IMG/VR virus record: IMGVR_UViG_3300027763_000029
Strand: one strand, 5' to 3'
DNA length: 64,000 bases
Source: a virus
Both the position numbers and the translations under genes were made by a program. Below the pieces are notes generated by a model. The model was not told where the DNA came from. It did not search any database and saw only the letters and a program-made list of their open reading frames with translations. Positions 33,176-46,600 of the stretch are shown one piece after another. Each line of letters opens with the position of its first letter. Within the stretch, counting starts at the first letter, position 1.

Positions 33176-34620
33176 TATGAACATACTCCAGTAAATACAA
33201 CAACTTCGCCATCCAATAAACTTATTATAGCTGTGTCACTAGGATTTGTCAAAATTAAATTACCGTTACTGTCACAAGTTAGTATTTGGCCACTAGAAGA
33301 AGGTGGGGTCCATTTTAATGATGATATATTAACATCTCCAATTAAATCTATACCAATATTTGATACTCTTATTCTATTAGATCCAGCAATAATATTTGTT
33401 TGTTGATGATTAGCTGTTAAAACCTCTACTTGAGTATTAGCTCTATTAACAACAACAGCGAATTCTCCACTTGTTGCATTTGCTGTCGAAGATATTGCTC
33501 TTGATATAATTTGAGAAAATTCGATCTGACTATTAATAGAATTTTTACCAGACAAGTTAATAGTGCCTATTATTGAACCAGCATCAGGTAATTGCTGTGG
33601 TTTATTATAAAGAGTGATATTTGATGGCGAACATTGATTTCTATTTTCTAATCTAATACCTTCTCCACAAATAGTATTAACTATATGAAGAGTTGATAAA
33701 GATTCTGGTAGTGCTGTTGTCGGAACATTTATTCCAACTTTTCCAGTATGCAAAAACCATAAACTTTTATCTCCACTACCTCTAACTATAAAATCAGAAC
33801 TTGTACTCAAATTATTAAATATGGTGCTATCTGTTCCTGTGGTTGGAAATATAGCATAAGCTTCTTCTTCTACAGATGATCCAAGTAAGAGTTTATTATT
33901 TAAACCAGCATAAAGACTAGAGCCAGTTAATGATCCGCTATGATTATATTGAAATGATTCATATGGTAAGGATGCCTCATAGGATAAAGACGTAAAGCTT
34001 TGAGAATCAAACGACGAAGATTCGTCCTTTAGTTCTACCCAATCCTCGCCAGTGCAAATCAATTTAGAATATCTATTTGCAGATAGTACTAGTAATTCTT
34101 TACCATAAGTATCTTTAATAGATAAATTATTAGATCCATTAGTAGTTTTGAATTCTAGGCATAAACTTTGATTATCAACTACTGATGGCAAGAAAGCAGA
34201 TAAATCTTTTTTAGAAAGATCAACATAATATGTTGCATGTACTGGGTCGATATGGAAGTCATCATCTCTGCTGATAAAATTATTGAAGGCAGTTTTAAAA
34301 TTGTAAGAGTTAGCAAATGAATAAATAGTATTACTACTGTCCTTATTAAAATTTATAGGTTGATTATTATTTGATGACTGTAAAACCTTAATGCGATCAA
34401 TTACTATTTTAGAGCCAATATTAATAACTTTACCTATTCCAACTTCATAATTATCTTTATTCTTACAAAGATAAGATATGGTCGATCCCAGATCAGAATA
34501 TCCTATTGACCTAAAGCCATTAACTGGTTGGCCCAATATAATTTGACCATTTTCACTAGTAAAAGAACAACCTGAGTTGTCTAGAATTTTTATCGGAGAA
34601 TTAATCATATTTGTTTCCAT
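33175..34620 (-). CDS. Tail fibre-like protein
   Basis: YEVGIG...SSNNNQPINF and GKVGINVPT...STLHI are fibre-type motifs; this is the first gene after the tape measure gene. Confidence 0.6.
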   Translation of the reverse strand: METNMINSPIKILDNSGCSFTSENGQIILGQPVNGFRSIGYSDLGSTISYLCKNKDNYEVGIGKVINIGSKIVIDRIKVLQSSNNNQPINFNKDSSNTIYSFANSYNFKTAFNNFISRDDDFHIDPVHATYYVDLSKKDLSAFLPSVVDNQSLCLEFKTTNGSNNLSIKDTYGKELLVLSANRYSKLICTGEDWVELKDESSSFDSQSFTSLSYEASLPYESFQYNHSGSLTGSSLYAGLNNKLLLGSSVEEEAYAIFPTTGTDSTIFNNLSTSSDFIVRGSGDKSLWFLHTGKVGINVPTTALPESLSTLHIVNTICGEGIRLENRNQCSPSNITLYNKPQQLPDAGSIIGTINLSGKNSINSQIEFSQIISRAISSTANATSGEFAVVVNRANTQVEVLTANHQQTNIIAGSNRIRVSNIGIDLIGDVNISSLKWTPPSSSGQILTCDSNGNLILTNPSDTAIISLLDGEVVVFTGVCS

Positions 34621-34634
34621 TCTTTACTATAATT

Positions 34635-34645
34635 ATTATACACCC
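34635..34645 (-). promoter_or_regulatory. GTGTA motif (candidate late promoter)
   Basis: GGGTGTATAAT about 19 nt upstream of the start at 34620. Confidence 0.5.
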
Positions 34646-34648
34646 ATA

Positions 34649-37600
34649 TTAAGCCGTATGACCAACGCGACCCATAATTGCATCTGGATTTCCTGCTGTA
34701 ATTTGAGCCTCGCTATTTTTATGTAAACCATAGACAAGTGTCGATGAAGTATTGTTAGAAATAACCTGAGAGTTTGCCGCTGCCTGAGCAAGTAACTGTT
34801 GACCCATTTCTCCAAGACCAGTATGATGATGTGTTTGTGTTACACTTTGAGAAACAGCAAGCTGTCCAGGGAAATTGCTTGCATGTTCACCAAATTGATT
34901 AGTTATACTTCTAAATTCCTGCATAGCTGCTTTAAATTCTTTTGCATCCAATGTCATATTACCACTATTTACATTTCCTCCTTTTGCAAAGTATTGGGGG
35001 GATACTGAGCCACCATCAGATAGATGTATTGGCATTACCATAGGAGGAGCAACCATAGGAGCAACCATACCTCCTTCGGCCAAATATTTTACCACTCCAC
35101 CTTGACTATAAGCTCCACTATTAATAGCTTGTAACATTGGCATATGTTGTTGGGCGGCTTGGCGATTGATAACAAATTCGCCAGGAGTTAACATTGCTGG
35201 AACGGTGTCGGTCCCCATTGGTTGAGCATTTATAAAAGCCCCATTACTAGCATATACTAAACCTCCAGTAGCATATCCAGTTCCTCCACTAGGAGTTTTC
35301 CAATTCTTTCGTTTCTTTTTATCAGGATCAATAACTGGCATTTTAGCAGCATTGTTGTTTGTAGCATCTATGTTCGGCATTGGTGCTGCATTATTATTTG
35401 TAGCATCGAACATCGGCATTTTTGCCGTACCTTCTGTATTTTCTTCGCCAACAACATCTTTAGGGGTGACAGATCCTGATAATAGATTGTATAAACCATA
35501 TCCAATAGTACCGCCAATAGGAGCAGCCATACCCAATCCTGTTAATAGCATTCTTGTGCTTTTTGATTGCTGTTTTTTTTCTAGAAGCGTTCGATATTCG
35601 GCATCAGCAGCATTCTTTATTCTTGCCATCTCTTCAGTATCACCAGCTGCCTTTGCTTTCTTCCACGATTTATTAAATCTATCCTTTACTGCTGCAAGCT
35701 CTGGGTTGGAGGCTCTTCTTTTTTGTTCCAACTTTTCTGACGATACTCTTCCAGCAGCTACAACTTCAGGAGATGAAGCTGGTTTTATAGGAGGGTTTAT
35801 TAGATCATCCAAAGATTTTTCAAAATCCGAAATCCTTGTTGAAAATGATGACATTTCTTCTGATGATTTTGTTGCTCGTGAAAGTCCATTGATCTCAGAT
35901 ATCATATCAGAAGCTTTATCGCCTTTTCTTAATCTATCTTGAATAATATTTATATCTAATCCTGCTTTATCCCAATCTTTTCTTAATCTATATAGTTCTC
36001 TACTATCTTTACTATATCCTAATGCTTTCCCTACCGTATCATGGAACTCTTCTGATGCTGCTGTTCCATTTGTTCGTCTTCTCTCTACTTCAGCATCAAA
36101 AGTTTTTGTAAGAATGTCCACATTTTCTGGCTTTCCTACAAACATATTTGGCTGACCTTTGACAAATCCTGCGCTTCTTCCTATTTTTAACTTGCCTGAT
36201 TGTTCTAATTCTAATAATTGATCTTTATACTTGTCATATGTTTCTGCTGAAGTTAATAATGCTGCTGGTTTACCTGGTTGATCCGAAGAAAATCCTCTTC
36301 TTGCTGACCTTATCACACTTTCTACCTCTTGGTCTCCACTAATTACTCCAAATCCAGCAGAAGCTAGTTGATCAACTCTTGATATTGAAGAAGGATTGAC
36401 TGGTGTTTCTGTTGCCTTTTTGGTTGCTTGGTCTACTGATGCTTTTTGTTGTGGAATTGCACCGGCTTCTGGACCACCCTTATCAGTATAGCTAATATCT
36501 CCTTTGTAAGTTGGAAATAAATCAGGATAATCTCTATAAAATTCATCCATCATTTTCGAAGGACCCAATTTGCCTGCCTTGTACAGAGCTGTATGTATCT
36601 CGCTGACTATCCCTCCCTTGGTTCTAAGGCTCGACATTAGAGGAACTTCAAAATTATCAAATCTAGGATCATAAGTTTTATCGGTACCTTCTTGTTTTCT
36701 TTTAGCAAGCCATCTTTTACGCAAATCTTTTAATGCCGAGGTTAACTTTTGAGTATCAATTGTATCAAGTCCCCCATCAATATTAGGATCATACCTTGTG
36801 GTTCCAAATTTCCCTAAAGAGACTGTGTCTCCATAATCCTTTGCTCCGCCAGCAAAAAGAATATCATCACCCAATGCTTCCATACGTTTAGTTATAGCAA
36901 TAGCTTCTTCAGCAGTACCCTTTTTACCATATGCTACTAAGAATCTTTTATCCCTACCCGATACAGAATCTTCAAATGAGTGCTGCTTGAAACCAAACGG
37001 ACCAAGCATCTGTGCTAATTCTGGATCTGCTGCCATACGAGATATCATTTCGTCCATTTGACCGGCCTGTACGGCAAATCTCGGCTTGTATCCAGTATTT
37101 ATTGGCTCTCTATAGTCAGAAGATACTTCTTTTGGTTTAAACCACCTAAGCATAGTACCCGTATCTTCATATGAGCCCGCGCGAACTTCTGTATTATACA
37201 AACCCTGTTTCATACCGGTCGGGTCGTCTTTTGCTCTTTCTAATAAATCTTTGGGACTCCTGGCTTCAACTTCAACCGGCTTAATAGAACCAGCAGCTTC
37301 TTCAGCAGCACTAACGGCAGGATTAGCTGTTTCCACATTATTTGTGTTTGATCTGGTATTTATAACAGTTTGTTGCTGTTGTGGAGTTAAATTTGCCCAA
37401 GCTTCTGTGGTATAATCATCGGGCTTTCCTGTGGTGCTAATTGGTTTACTTGATGAAGAGCCTTCAAACATACCACCCATCAATTTATCAACTTCTGCCT
37501 GCTCTTTAGCATTAGCAGCATCTATTTTTTGTTGTCTATATTCAGTGACGCTTATTCCAGCCTCATTTGCTTTTGTTCTATCAAAAATATCAGACCTGAT

Positions 37601-40600
37601 AGATGATGCTTCTTTATTTAATTTTTCGTTAATTTCAGCTCTAATTTTAGCTCGTTCTTTAGGATCCTTAATATCTTTGGTTTTTTCCTTATATTCAGCA
37701 CTAAATCGTGCTTTAGCTTCTGCTTTTCTTGCCTCTTTTTCAATAGCAAGATCTGATAAGAATTTGTTGTTCCTTGCTGTTGCTGTTTTTTCAGCTATCG
37801 CTGGATCAATTCCATCTTTAACCAATTTTTCCGCAAGCTGAGTTTTATTAAGATAAGGATTTTCAGCAATAACTTTATCTATCTGTGCTTTTGTCTGTGA
37901 AGCAGCACCTGCTGATTTAAACTCACTATCGATCCCAGATAATAAGCTGGATATCCCCCTCATAATTGGACTAGAGCTTTCGCTCATGGGAATACGAGCA
38001 CCCTTCATTCCAGGTATGCCAAAACCATTATTAGGTACCAAATGAAGAATAGGACTCATGAATTCAAAAATACTCTGATCTCTTTGAGCCTCTCTAGCTT
38101 CTGCTACTCTTTCTTGAGCATCTCTAATTTGTGTTTTATTATCTTTTATTTGATTTTTTTTCTCTATTGCAGCTAATCTATCGTTTCTGTCCATGATACG
38201 ATTAAAGTCTTCAAATCTTAATTCTTGTGCAATATCGTTGAAAGATGTTGGCTTTGCTGGTCCTTCTGGACGAGCATAATTTTTGGTTCCCTTACCTCCA
38301 AAATTAGATGATGGAAGAATAAATCCAGAAATAAAATCCATTAAAGCATCTTGACCAGTACCAAAATCTCCGCGATTAGTTGCTCCTCTAACACCAGCTC
38401 CTATTGCTGCTTCCGTAGACCCACTAACAGTTCTTGTTAATAAAGATCTAACAATAGTAGAAGATCCAGTAAATGGATTGCCAGTTAATAATCCAGTCAA
38501 TAATGATCCAACAGCAGTTTCCCTTGGTCTTTTTTGTGCTAATTCTTTTTGTCTTTTATCAAAATCTGTACCTTCTAATGCCACGTCTTGTAATGCATTA
38601 GCAGTCAAACTAGCAGTAACTCCTCCAAGTATGGTAAGTCCAGCAGCAGCAAGGCCAGTTACTCCTAGAGCTGGTAAGATAATAGGCGCACCAGCAATGG
38701 CCGCTGTACCAGCTAATAATGGAACTATTGCTCTTTGAGCAGCCAATCCAACAGCTTCTCCACCTTCTGAGTCTCTCGCTATCTCTAATTTCTTTTTAGT
38801 ATCTTGAAGACTCTGTTTATCCAATTGACTCATCTGATTAATAGTTAAAGTTTCTCTTCTAATGGTATTAGCTGATACGGTTGATCCTCTTCTATCTCCA
38901 AATGGAATTCCTCTCTCGGCTTCATATGTTCCTAATTCTTCATATTCTTTTGCTGTTAATCTCTTCTTTGGCTTTTCAGCTCCTCCCCATTCTTTTGGCC
39001 AATATTCCCCTAGCCAAGATCTATCATATTTACTCTGACCTATTGCTCTTGATCTAAGTTCTTGAAATCTTTTTTCCGACTTTTCTCTTTCGATAGCTAT
39101 TGTTGCTTGTTGTTCTTTGATATCAATAGCTTCTTGTTTTGCATTATCTGCATTTCCATTAAAAAATTGTGCTCTACTAGGACCACCAGCAGTTGTTGCT
39201 TTTTGTGCATCCAATACTCTACCAGTTATAGGATCAACTCTAGCCCCAGACTTTTTGGGTTCTGGAGGCATAACTGGTAATGCGTCAAGCTTATCTTGCT
39301 CCATAGCAAGTTGTTTCATTGGATCTTCAATAGTAGGTATAACTTCTGGCAGAGGAATCGGTGGAGAAGGTAGTGAGGCATTAATATCTGCGGAAACCTG
39401 TTCACTAATACCTTTAAGAGTTTCATTATGTTCTAGCTGCGATATTGTTGAATCATTTCTAGACTGTTCAAGAGCTATATTTCTAGATTGAGGAGCCAAC
39501 TTATCAAGAGGCACAGTGAACCTTGTTCCATTAGCTCTTTGAATAACAGCAGATCCCGATTTTTCATTTACACTATATATTCTGCCAGATATCTGTTTGC
39601 CACTATCATTACCTATTAAGAAATTTTCACCAGTTTTAGCTTTATCTACTTCTTTTTCTAAAGCATGTGCTCTAACTTTAGTTCTGGACTGATCGCTTAA
39701 TTGATCAAGAGGTACCGTTGTATAGATTTGTTCTTCTTTATATCCTGTAACAAACTTTTCAGGATCTCTTCCTTGGGCTTCTAATTGTTTCTTTGTTACC
39801 TCTCCATTACCATATATTGGTATTTTCCTAGTAATAGGCATACCTGTTTTTGGATCAATCTTTGCTATTCTAACTGTTCCAGCCTTAAAGTCTACGTTAT
39901 CAATAGTTCCTGTTGTTGATGCTGTTCCATCCTTATTAGTAAACTTATATTGAGATTCTATAATCTGTTCTCTTCGTCTTTGTTTTTGTTGTTCAAAACC
40001 CGCAGATGCTGCTGATCCTGGATCATATCCGGGCGGATTTCCTCCTCTATCACTGGTGATCATACCAAGCTCTTTGTCTCTAGCGTCTAGAGCCATTTGA
40101 CGCTCACCTTCTACTCTGCGTCTTTCTTGCTGTTTCTCATATGCTTTTTGTCTAGCATCATTTATAGCAGGATTGCCCTTTTCTTGTTCATCTATAAGAT
40201 TATTCATTTTCCCAACCGGACCCTGAGTACCAACTATCGCCCTATCAGGACCAGCAATATCTCTTCCATTACCTCTATCTACTCTGTTACTTTGTTCTCT
40301 TGCAGATTGCGACGATTTATATTCATCTATATAATCTCTAGTTTTTTGACCTGTTGGATCGTCTCTAGTTGATAAATCTTCTTTGTCTCTAATATGACTT
40401 AATGCACTAGATTCATTATATGAATTGGGTGTTGATGTAACTCCTATTGATCTCCAGAAATTTTCATCTCTGCCTATACCATATTGTTGATCTCTAATTG
40501 AGTCAACAGTCATATTAAAAATTTTATCAGGATCAGCATCAGGATTTTGAGATTGAATCTTTTGTCTATTTTCTTCAAAATATCTTCTATCTGAATATAT

Positions 40601-43600
40601 TCTCTGTAAAGCTCGATCAACAACCCAAGATCTACCATTAAGTCTACTTGCTACAGCATCATCTCTATTTCTTTGACTAGCTATTAGACTTTTAGGAGTT
40701 TTATAATATCCTAGTGTTTCTTGTAGTGTCGCAAGCTCTTTTCTCTTTTCTTCTAACGTGGTTGGATTACCTTCAATATCGAATATTGGCTCATTATTAG
40801 CAGCTTTCTCCTCATAAGATGGCATAGCCTCAGATAATTCCCTAGCTCTAGCAGCAGTTTTCTTTTCATCATAAATATCAATTCCATATTTATGTCTTTG
40901 AAGAACATCTCCAGGATCAAATCCTCTTCCTAGCCATTCATCTGTGCTAATTTCTTTATTTTTATCAGTATCTAGTTCTGAATATGCTGTTCTTTCTTTA
41001 CCCGATAATACTCCGTCTTCATTAACGTCTAATCTATAAAAATCGTCAAGATTTTGTTTGCCAGGTATCTGTGCTCTAGGATCTCCAGGAACTAATGATG
41101 GCCTATAATCTCCAGCCGCCGCTGAAGTATCACTATATTGATCTCTAAATCTTTTTGCTCTTGTCTTTCGAAAATCTTCAAGTTCTTGTTTGCTAGCATC
41201 TTTTTCTCCTATCGGTCTTTTTCCTTTTTTCTTTAAAAAGTTTCTTTGTCTTTCAGCTTTAATTTCATCTATAGTCATGCCGCGAGCCAATCCTTCTCTG
41301 AATAGCCCAATTTCTCCCATATTATTGGGCTTTCTGAAAACCTTTGGACGAGCAGGAGGAGCCGGTGCTCCTGCTGGAGGCGCTGGTGCTGCCGGAGGAG
41401 CCGCCGGAACTGGTGCTGGTGCTGCTGGAGCTTTTGCTGGAGGTGCTGCTGGAGGAACCGCCGGTACTGGTGCTGGTGCTGCTGGAGCTTTTGCTGGAGG
41501 TGCTGCTGGAGGAACCGCCGGTACTGGCGCTCCTGCTGGAACTGGAGGTTTCACAGGATTTGTATTGTACTGAACATTCTCTTTCTTTAGTCTTTCTTCA
41601 GCAAGCTTTCTTTCTTTTTCTTTCTCTTTTATATAGTATTGACTTACCCTAGCGCCGAAGTCGGGTTTGGCCTGCTCATCTGCTATACGTTGTGTCCAAT
41701 TAATACCATCGCTATGAAATTCTAATCCAGTTCCTGGGCCAAATGCTAGAGCTCTTTCTGGGATACCAGCATCTCTCAAAGCATTATTAACAGAATTAAC
41801 ACCTATTCTTCCCATATTGCTGTCATTGGGTCTATTTTCGACTAAATCTAGATCATTAAGTAAACTTCTATCTGTAGTTGCAGATTCGTCTCCCATATTT
41901 GCTTGAGCAGCGTATCTCTGACTACCATTAACTTCTATCCTACCAAGACGACTCCTTTCTTCCTCTGTTTTATAAGAACTACTTTTTCTTCTCATTTCAG
42001 TTTCGTGAGCTATTCTTCTATCTGATACTTCTCTAAATTTATCAAAATCACCCCCCATTAATCTAGCTTCTTCATCAAGTAATTCTTTTTGTTTCTTCTC
42101 ATCTTCCATTCTTTCTTTGCTATCCGGAGCCTTATAAGCTTCTGTTCTGGATCTAATAGTTTGATTTATATTGTCTGATTCTATTCTTTCTTGTTTTAAT
42201 TTATCTTCTATATCTTTGCGAGTTCTACCACCCGTTGATAGATAAACCACACCACCACTACTCATCATGGCAGTATTACCAACTAAACTATTACCACTAT
42301 TAATGCTTTCTAATAAAGATAAATTTTGAGCAGTTGCTCTAGCATTGACGACAAACTCTCCGGGGGTTAACATAGCCGGAACAGTATCAGTACCCTTTGG
42401 ACTAAAATTAACTAAGCTACCACCAACAGAAGCATAAATAACTCCACCATCTGCTTTTCTAAGAGGATTATTAATACCTAAATCTGCTAATTTAATATTC
42501 TGCAAACCCGCTAAAACTCCAGAAAAATTTTCGATCTGCTCTTTCAAAAGCAATATGGCAGATGTATTTTCTGATATTGCGTCTTTATTGAATAAAGCAG
42601 CTATTTGCTCATTAGCACTAACTTGAATAGCACTATTTACCTTTATTGTATCAGCTAATTGTGCAATAACGGGGTCTCTGGTAGGATCAACACTAGCCAT
42701 TATTGTCTGAGCTACTCCAGGATTCATAAATCCAAGCTCGTTGGCCATTTGACCTCTAAGATTACCACTGCGTTTCCTAAATTCCATTTCTGCATCTTGA
42801 TCAGATAATTCTTTTCCTTGAGCAGCTGCTCTATTTTTGATATCTAATATGAAGTTAGATTTGTACTGTTCCATTGTTCTAAGGTCAATACCTCTATCTT
42901 GAGCCATCTGAGCTTGACCAGCTTGCATAGCCAAGAATCTATTGCCACCAGTTTGTCTAAAAGTCATATCATATGCTTGTTTAGCCGCTCTTGATGGGCC
43001 AGGATTGATACCCATCATTCTTTGTTGAACTCTTATTAAAGACTCATTCAGTTTTTGTAGTTCTTGTGGCGTTGAAGATAATATCTGATCTAGATTTTGT
43101 AATCTATCAGCTTGCATTTTTTGTGCATCTCGCAACTGACCAAATGCTGCTGTTACTATATCACTACTATTAGCTAGTTTTTCTAAAGCATTTTTATTTT
43201 TAATTATCTGCAGATCCAAATTTGCCATATCGCTTTGTATTGGACCCCTGTCCGTTACTGGTGTCTTTAATTCTCTTTCTGATAATTTTTTCCTAGCTTC
43301 AGCAAGATTCTCGATATTTTGTCTTATAAGTTTTGGATCAGCAGTACTATTATTAAGATTAAATCCAACTTCTCTTGCTACTATTTGATTAGCCTCTTTA
43401 GTTCCTGCCGTTTGATTTTTTATTTCATTATCTCTAATACCTATACGCTGTCTTATACTGGTAGGAGCCCCAGTAAGAGCTTCTTTCAGTGTCAAATCAG
43501 TTTCTGTTGCAATATTTCTGGCTTTATCAAGACTTTCATTTGCTGCTAGTACAGAATCTACAATTCTGTTTAAAGATTCTACAAATCTATCTGCACCTTT

Positions 43601-46600
43601 ATTTTTAAACTCTAAAAATGCGATGGTACCTTTACGTAAAGTGTCTGTCATATTCCCTATGGAGTTGCCAAATTTTTTATCTATTTCATCAGATAATTTA
43701 TCTACTTTTTCTCCAGGTTTATCAAATTTTAATTTATCTACTTCATCTATAGTATTTTTTAATGCTAGTTTTAAATTATTTCTTATAACATCTGGTAAAC
43801 CTTTTGTAGATTCATCGAGTGCAGTTTCTAATTTTGGTCCTAGTTTTGTTAAATCTTCATTACCCTTATCGCTATTAATAGCATCAGCTATTCGTTTATT
43901 AAGATTTCCTTGTATTTCATCTATTTTAGTTTGATCAAACCCTAATGCATCACTGATCAAATTAGCTTGATTGATTCGTGATTTTTTTTCTTCTACCGGA
44001 ATACCCTGAGCGTTAGGGTTGGTAATTTCAAATGCGATTTTCCTATAATTAGATTTAACCCTATCTCTTTCCATGGCATAAGCTTCTGGATTCTTTAACA
44101 TATCCAACTCTTCGCTGTCTGCATTGGCTACTCTTGGTTTTCCTGTAAGAGCTTCAGAATTACTTCTTCTTATTTTAGCAGCGTTATTGGTATTAAATTC
44201 TACCTTAGAAACAGCAGAAAGAATAGATCTGCCAAGACTATCAAATCCTTGTGTAGCTTTTCTTGTTGATCTTTCTAATTCTTCCATAGCTTTAGCGGTT
44301 ACTGCCGTCCTTTGTGCAGCCAAAAACACTTCGTCTTTCAATAGTGCTATTCTACGAGATGCTAGTTCTTCCTGAATTCTTTTTTGTTTTGTTGTGCCAG
44401 TAGCAGCGAAAGCAGCATCCTCCATATCATTTATTTTTGCTACAAATGCTAGAAACTCATTATCTGCACTAGATATACTGTCAGCTAAAGCAGCAAAACC
44501 AGGATCTTGGGAGATATCTGATAGTGTACTTCCTCTACTAATTTTAGATTCAATAATATCTCTAGCAACTTTTGCCGCACCGCTATTTTGTTTTGACTGC
44601 TCAGAGACTAGTTGGTCTATGTCTTTTTTATCTAATTTTGGTACCGGACCACCCATAAAAGATCCAAGTATTCCTCTGCTATTAGCTTTATTTTCGGCTG
44701 CATTTTTAATTTTAATGGCAAAATCATCATCATTTAATTTTAGTCTATCCGTTAATGGTCTAATAAGATTATCATTATTTCCTGTTTTTTGAGCAGCCTC
44801 TACCCCTTTTGCTATTTTCTCATCAATATCTTCTATTTTTTTGGTTCTTTCAGCTTGTTCAAATTCTTTGACTGCTTTTGTTGCCCCATTGAATCCTTCC
44901 TTTAAAGATAAAAGAGCCGTACCAGCTAGGGTAAAAGCAGCAATATATGGTCCAACAACAGGGATTAGTGCAGCACTAGAAGCTATGCTTAAGCCAGAAG
45001 CAAAGGTACTAACTCCAGCCTCTATACCCGCACCCACTTTGGATCTGGTTTTTTTATCTCCACCGCCAGGAAGCATGCCCGCAATATTATTTCCTTGACC
45101 GGCAATTATACCAAGACCCAAGCTTGCGAAGTATCCAGCATTACCAGTACCCAATCCACCCAAGGATTGTATCATCCTATTACCTGTCCCAAGTAAATTC
45201 TTAGGAGAAAGACTCTTTCTCAATCCAGCAAAATTAGATCCAAAATTTTCTAGACCAGTACCAGTATATCTTGGTATTAAGTCTCTACCGGGTCCAGCTA
45301 ATCCTGCTGCTGTTGCCATATTCCTAGCAGCAATCCTTCGATCTGCCAACTCTTTTTCTGTTAAAGCTCTGGCTTCAGCTGCTCCTTTGCCTAAAGAAAT
45401 TAATTCTTGAGTACGTAATACTCTATATTCTTTATCCATTTGAGCTAGAAACTTACGATCCATCATGCTTTGTTGAGCATATTTTCTTACGTCTTCACCA
45501 ACAATTCCTTGAGATTTTAAATCAGATCTACTAACACCAGTTATTGATGATGTTGCTCTTAGAGTAGATGATTCATATATTTTATTTTTTTGTTCCTCTG
45601 TCAAAGGACTCTTATTCTGTTTTGCTCTGGCTTCTTCTGCTCTTGATATGACATCTTGAGCATGCTTATTGGACTCTAATAGAATTTGTTGTTGAACTTC
45701 ACCGGAAGATCTATCTCTTACTGCACTGAAGGCACTCTCTAATGCATTATTTTTACCAACTTCTTTATTTTTAGATTTTCTAATTGTAGCTAAAGCATTT
45801 TCAGCTGCTATTATTTGACTAATACTACCACCAGCCGCCTTGACTCTATCTACTTCAGATTTGGCAGCTTTTTCTGCTGAGGCATATGATACTCTTCCTT
45901 CATTAAGTAGTAATGATGAAACTTTTTTACTACTTAATCCAAGTTCTTGAATAATTTGTTCTAGTTGTTTTAACGAAGTAATTGACTCTTGGTTGATTCT
46001 TATCGTTGAGCTTTGTATTGTCTCTGGTCTTATTGGTAATCCAGGTCCACCACTAGCAAAAGTTTGAAGTCCAACGCTTCCGCCACTAGCATACAAACCT
46101 AATGCTTTTGTTGCTCTTTCTCTCAGTATAAAGCTACCAACAGGTAAATCTATTGGACCTATGCTATCACTGGTACCGTTTCCTGGTCCTTTAAAAACGC
46201 CGATGCCACCTTTGGCAAATTTACTCATCCCATTACGGTCAGCCTGATTCATTTCATTTAGTCTTGAATATCCAATTTCCTTAGCTGCTTCTGGTGGTAT
46301 ATAAGCCTCGCCATTAGAAACCATAGCTTGAACATGCCCACCTGATGCATAGCCTCTAGCCTTAAGATAATTACCGATCTGACTTTTTAGTTCTGCTGGT
46401 CCATTAAGAGTAAGTTTAGCGTCTGTTGGAATGTTTTGAGGAAGATTAAAATATTTAGCAGCACTTTGAAGACCGTCTGGGAAATCGATGCCATAATTGG
46501 TGGCAGCTTTATTTGCTATTGGACCACCCAATTCATTGATAACTCTTTCAGCAAGATATCCTTTTGCATTGGCTTCGCCAAGCTTTTTCCTAGATGTTGG

